Source of the DNA: a virus
IMG/VR virus record: IMGVR_UViG_3300037882_002578
Location: 71,903 to 135,902 of that record
Length of the DNA stretch: 64,000 nt
Direction: 5' to 3' (one strand)
Within the stretch, counting starts at the first letter, position 1. Each line of letters opens with the position of its first letter. The position numbers were made by a program, and so were the translations under genes. Of this stretch, positions 60,501 to 64,000 are shown one piece after another. The notes beneath the pieces were generated by a model. That model was not told the origin of the DNA. It ran no database searches and worked only from the letters and a program-made list of their open reading frames with translations.

Positions 60501-63500
60501 ATTGGATTAAAAAACTTTATTTTGTTAAATTTTCAATTATTTTTTGTTTTAATTCTTTTGCGCCAATATCAAATAAACTAACACGAACCGACTTCCCATT
60601 TATACTGCCAATACAGTGTCTTAAATCTACTGTTGTTTTATTATCTGTCTTAATGGTAAACTCTTTGAATAAGTTTTGAATGTACTTTACTGCTTGTTCG
60701 TGAGTTGTTTCTATTAAGTTGAGGTATTCTGTATTTTTACTATCTTTAATTGTTAGGCGGATTATTTCTTGTTTTTCTGTTGTTAGTATTTTCATTTCTT
60801 TATATACTTTTTAAGCCAATTTAATCTTGTTTGAGTGTGGTCGTTTGTTTCTGTACCTTTAAACTCATCAATGATTGTCACATCTGTTACTAATTTACTC
60901 CAACCTTTACTTGTTTTAGAACTGTAATAGTAAACTACATAATGTCCTGCACTTTGAAATGTAAATCTAAAATCTGTTATACTTGTTTTCATCTGTTTTT
61001 TATTTTATTTCGGGCGAAAAAAGTTAAAAATCAATTTCATTATCAATCAAACTCTTCTTTATTAACTTAACTCTCTCTTGTAATAGAAACATCTTAATAT
61101 CTTGCCAATCTTTGTAATGCTCTGTTTGCTGTTCTCTCGAAATAATTGAATTACCTAAGCTAATTTCCTCTTTTGTTTTTGATAGTTCCCTTATTAAAAT
61201 TTCTCTGTGTGTGTTATTTAGTGTCATAATTCGTTTAAATATTCAGTTATTTGTATTTCTGTTTTTACTCGATTATAGAATTTTAGTTGTGCTTTATCTT
61301 CTGCACTTAACTCACTTATAATTCTGTCGACTTCATTTCTAAAATTTTCCAAACTGTCAAATCTTTTAAGTGAATTTTCTATAAACTCATTAACTTGCTT
61401 TTTTGTTACATAAAATGATATCATAATTTATTTATTATTTTGTTTTTCCGCCAAAAAATTTATCACAACCTTCTAAAAAATCTTTAGTAAACATTATATT
61501 ACTAGGATGTGTTTCTGTTAATACTGAACAACCACAACTACATTTTTCTTTTGGTGCTACATAATACAGTTTACAATCATTGCAAATTAAAACTTTTGTT
61601 GGTATCATAATTAAAATTGTTGTCCGTTACTTAAAAATTCATATTCATTTGCTAAAATATCCTCTTCAATAGCTTCATCTGAATATCTATAATCAATAGC
61701 TGTTTCTATTCTTTTTAAAACGTCTCGAATATGATTATCAAATTTTATTTTAGCGTTTTCTAAGACTTTTTCTTCATCATTTGTAAGAATATCAAAATCT
61801 TCATCACAAATAAATTCAATAGTTGTATCTGAATTTCTACCATTCGGCGTAAAAATTAAAAAAGAAACTTTTTGTAAAAGAAATTCATCTGTAATATTTA
61901 ACCACTTATAAAAATAATCACAGTGTTTAACTTCCATAGCTTTTGCACAATCTAAAAACCAATTTCTATCTGCATTAAAATAAATATCTTTTCTGTTATT
62001 AGTAATTATAAAATCTGTATCTTTAAAACCTATTCTATCAAGTTCTTCTTGTTTTGGCTCGAATAAGGTACAATCATCAACTGCCCAATAACAAACATCA
62101 TCTAATACTCCCGAATTTCTGTAATTTTCAATATCTACTTGTTTAGCTTCATTACTTAACTCTTCAAAACTGTAAACTTTTGTTCTAACTGTTCTCATAT
62201 TTTTCACGTCTTTTTTAAAGATAAAAGCGTCTAAATCTATTAGTTATTATTTCTTGTACAAATATACAACTTATTTATTAATTGTGCAAATATTTTATGT
62301 TAAATTTTCGGGGTAAAAATCAAATTCTTTTTTGTGATACTCTTTCAACTCTTCCAAAGTAAACAGTTTTCTATACTGTGTACATTGCGTTCTATATCCG
62401 TTGTGAAACTTAACAACGTTATTACTGTTTAACCAACTTTCAAAAGTGTTTTCCATAATTTCGCCGTAAAAAATTAAAAAGAACTGTTAACTTCGTATTC
62501 CATTGTTTCAATATCATTGAAAGAAACTAACTCACAATCTAAACAGAATAAACGAACACTATCATAAAAACCTTTTAAAGTTCTAATATCTTCGTCTTCC
62601 ATATATTTTTTAGATTCTACTGATTTGTAATTTTTATACTGCTGTCTTAATCTGTCTAAATATTTACTTTCATCAACTTGTAAATTATTTAAGTTACTTC
62701 TTAACGCAATTCTAAAAAAGTCTGAATGTTCTTTACTTGATAAAAGACTTAATGGTTGAAAAACTTCTATAATTTGTTCCTCTGTACCTTTAAAGGTTAT
62801 TACTTTTTCTGTTGTCATAATACTAATTTTTAAAATCTTCCCAAGTTAAACACATTCTATCTGACAAATACAGTTCGTACTCTTCTTGTGTTATTGTAGG
62901 TTCTAGTTCATTTAATTTGTTTTGATACTCGTTATACTTAACTTCTAAATTTTCTACTTTGTCACGGTTTTTGCGCCAATTATCGCCATAACAAGGTAGC
63001 TTTTTAATCTTTGTATAGATACTGCTTTGAGCATCTAATATTCTAACGTATTTTCTAGTAGTTGCTTTCATAGTGTAAAGATAGTTAATTTTGTTTAGTT
63101 ATACAAACTTTTTTAGTTAAAATTTTTGTTTTTTAACAACCAAAACAAGTATCTGTTAAATCAATATCATAAACTATTTCTTTGTAATGCTTGTTTAAAT
63201 ATTTCATTAAACTTTTTTCAGTTCTAAAATGTTTAACTGTTTCTCTGTCTTGCCACGCATTTAAGAAAGTGTTTTCTTTTATGATAGCTTTAATACCGTT
63301 ACTAAAAACTTTTCCTTTTGAAGCTACTATTAAAGTGTTATCTGTTAAAACATTTTCTTGTAATATATAAGTGTACATAATTTTAGTGTTTTTATTACTC
63401 TACAAATGTAAGGTAAAAATAATTAATAAAAAAATTCAGTTACTATTGTTTATTTAATATTTTTGTTGTATTGTTTTTTTCGGCGGAAAAAGAATAAAAA

Positions 63501-63791
63501 CAGACTTATTTAAAACTGATTAATAAACTCATTCCATTCAAAAGGATTATTCAACATATCATTTATATTCTTATTGTTGGGAAATAAATGTAATTTTCCA
63601 AAGTGAATAGGTAAATCATATTCCAATTGAACTACTCCAAATTGTGTTACTCTAATAACATCAATTGTTTGATTCGCTTCTTGACAATTAACAACTAATT
63701 CAAAAACATTTGAATTTCTCATTTTAAACAACCCTATAACATCGTTTTTAAGGGCGTTTAATTCTTGTTGTGCGTTAGTTATACTTTTCAT
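57528..63791 (-). other. Early-region block of about 20 short hypothetical ORFs
   Basis: Co-oriented 60-200-aa ORFs with several TAnnTTTG promoter boxes (for example near 60483, 62259 and 63403). Confidence 0.6.
58200..58268 (-). repeat. Solitary attC-like hairpin
   Basis: Minus strand ACACAAT-G-GCGCATA...TATGCGC-TC-GTTGTGT, 10 nt after the stop at 58278 and about 20 nt before the next ATG. Confidence 0.4.
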
Positions 63792-64000
63792 TGTATTTGT
63801 GTCTTAAAATGGCACTCGTTGCCTTGTAATAGTGCTAGTTAAAGATTTTCTTGTATATATAATTTTAATCTTGTTAATTCATTTGGTGTTAAAATAACTC
63901 TGTATCCCTCTTCCCCTTTAAAACAACCCTTTCTTACAAAATAACCTCTGTTTGCTGTTGCTGTTAAGAACTCTGTAATTTTATCGGGACTTTTTTCAAA

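Noticed and set aside
1-64000. Stop-codon reassignment as in some crAss-like phages
   Set aside because: PolB, RNR, helicase and the 1850-aa ORF are intact in the standard code, and TAG and TGA both end genes at sensible positions.

Overview
This is a gene-dense, AT-rich segment of a large, apparently lytic dsDNA phage. The host is most likely in Bacteroidota, since TTTG-N20-TAnnTTTG promoters recur and there are DUF4494 and BT4734/VirE-like genes. Positions 1-19.5 kb read on the + strand: large virion or ejected-type proteins, a tail-like 4-gene module, a DNA methyltransferase, a GIY-YIG endonuclease and small ORFs. Positions 19.5-64 kb read on the - strand: family-B DNA polymerase, DnaB-like helicase, primase-like protein, ThyA, class Ia RNR, nucleases, DenV, several homing endonucleases and many short early ORFs. 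Strongest observations: (1) a two-target diversity-generating retroelement at 51.4-53.4 kb, with every core TR/VR mismatch at a TR adenine; (2) about 0.9 kb away, an integron-like array of short promoterless ORFs separated by AAC...GTT-bounded attC-like hairpins (54.3-56.1 kb), ending in a chimeric Mom-like::tyrosine-recombinase remnant; (3) a 267-codon in-frame HNH-like insertion in thyA with no intein signature; (4) an anticodon-less RNA with two D-arm/T-arm modules; (5) a shared pseudoknot-type leader upstream of two endonuclease genes; (6) a dispersed T-tract/CGCCG/A-tract motif; (7) a PID-CTERM-like mini-protein. All family assignments come from motif recognition by eye, with no database searches.
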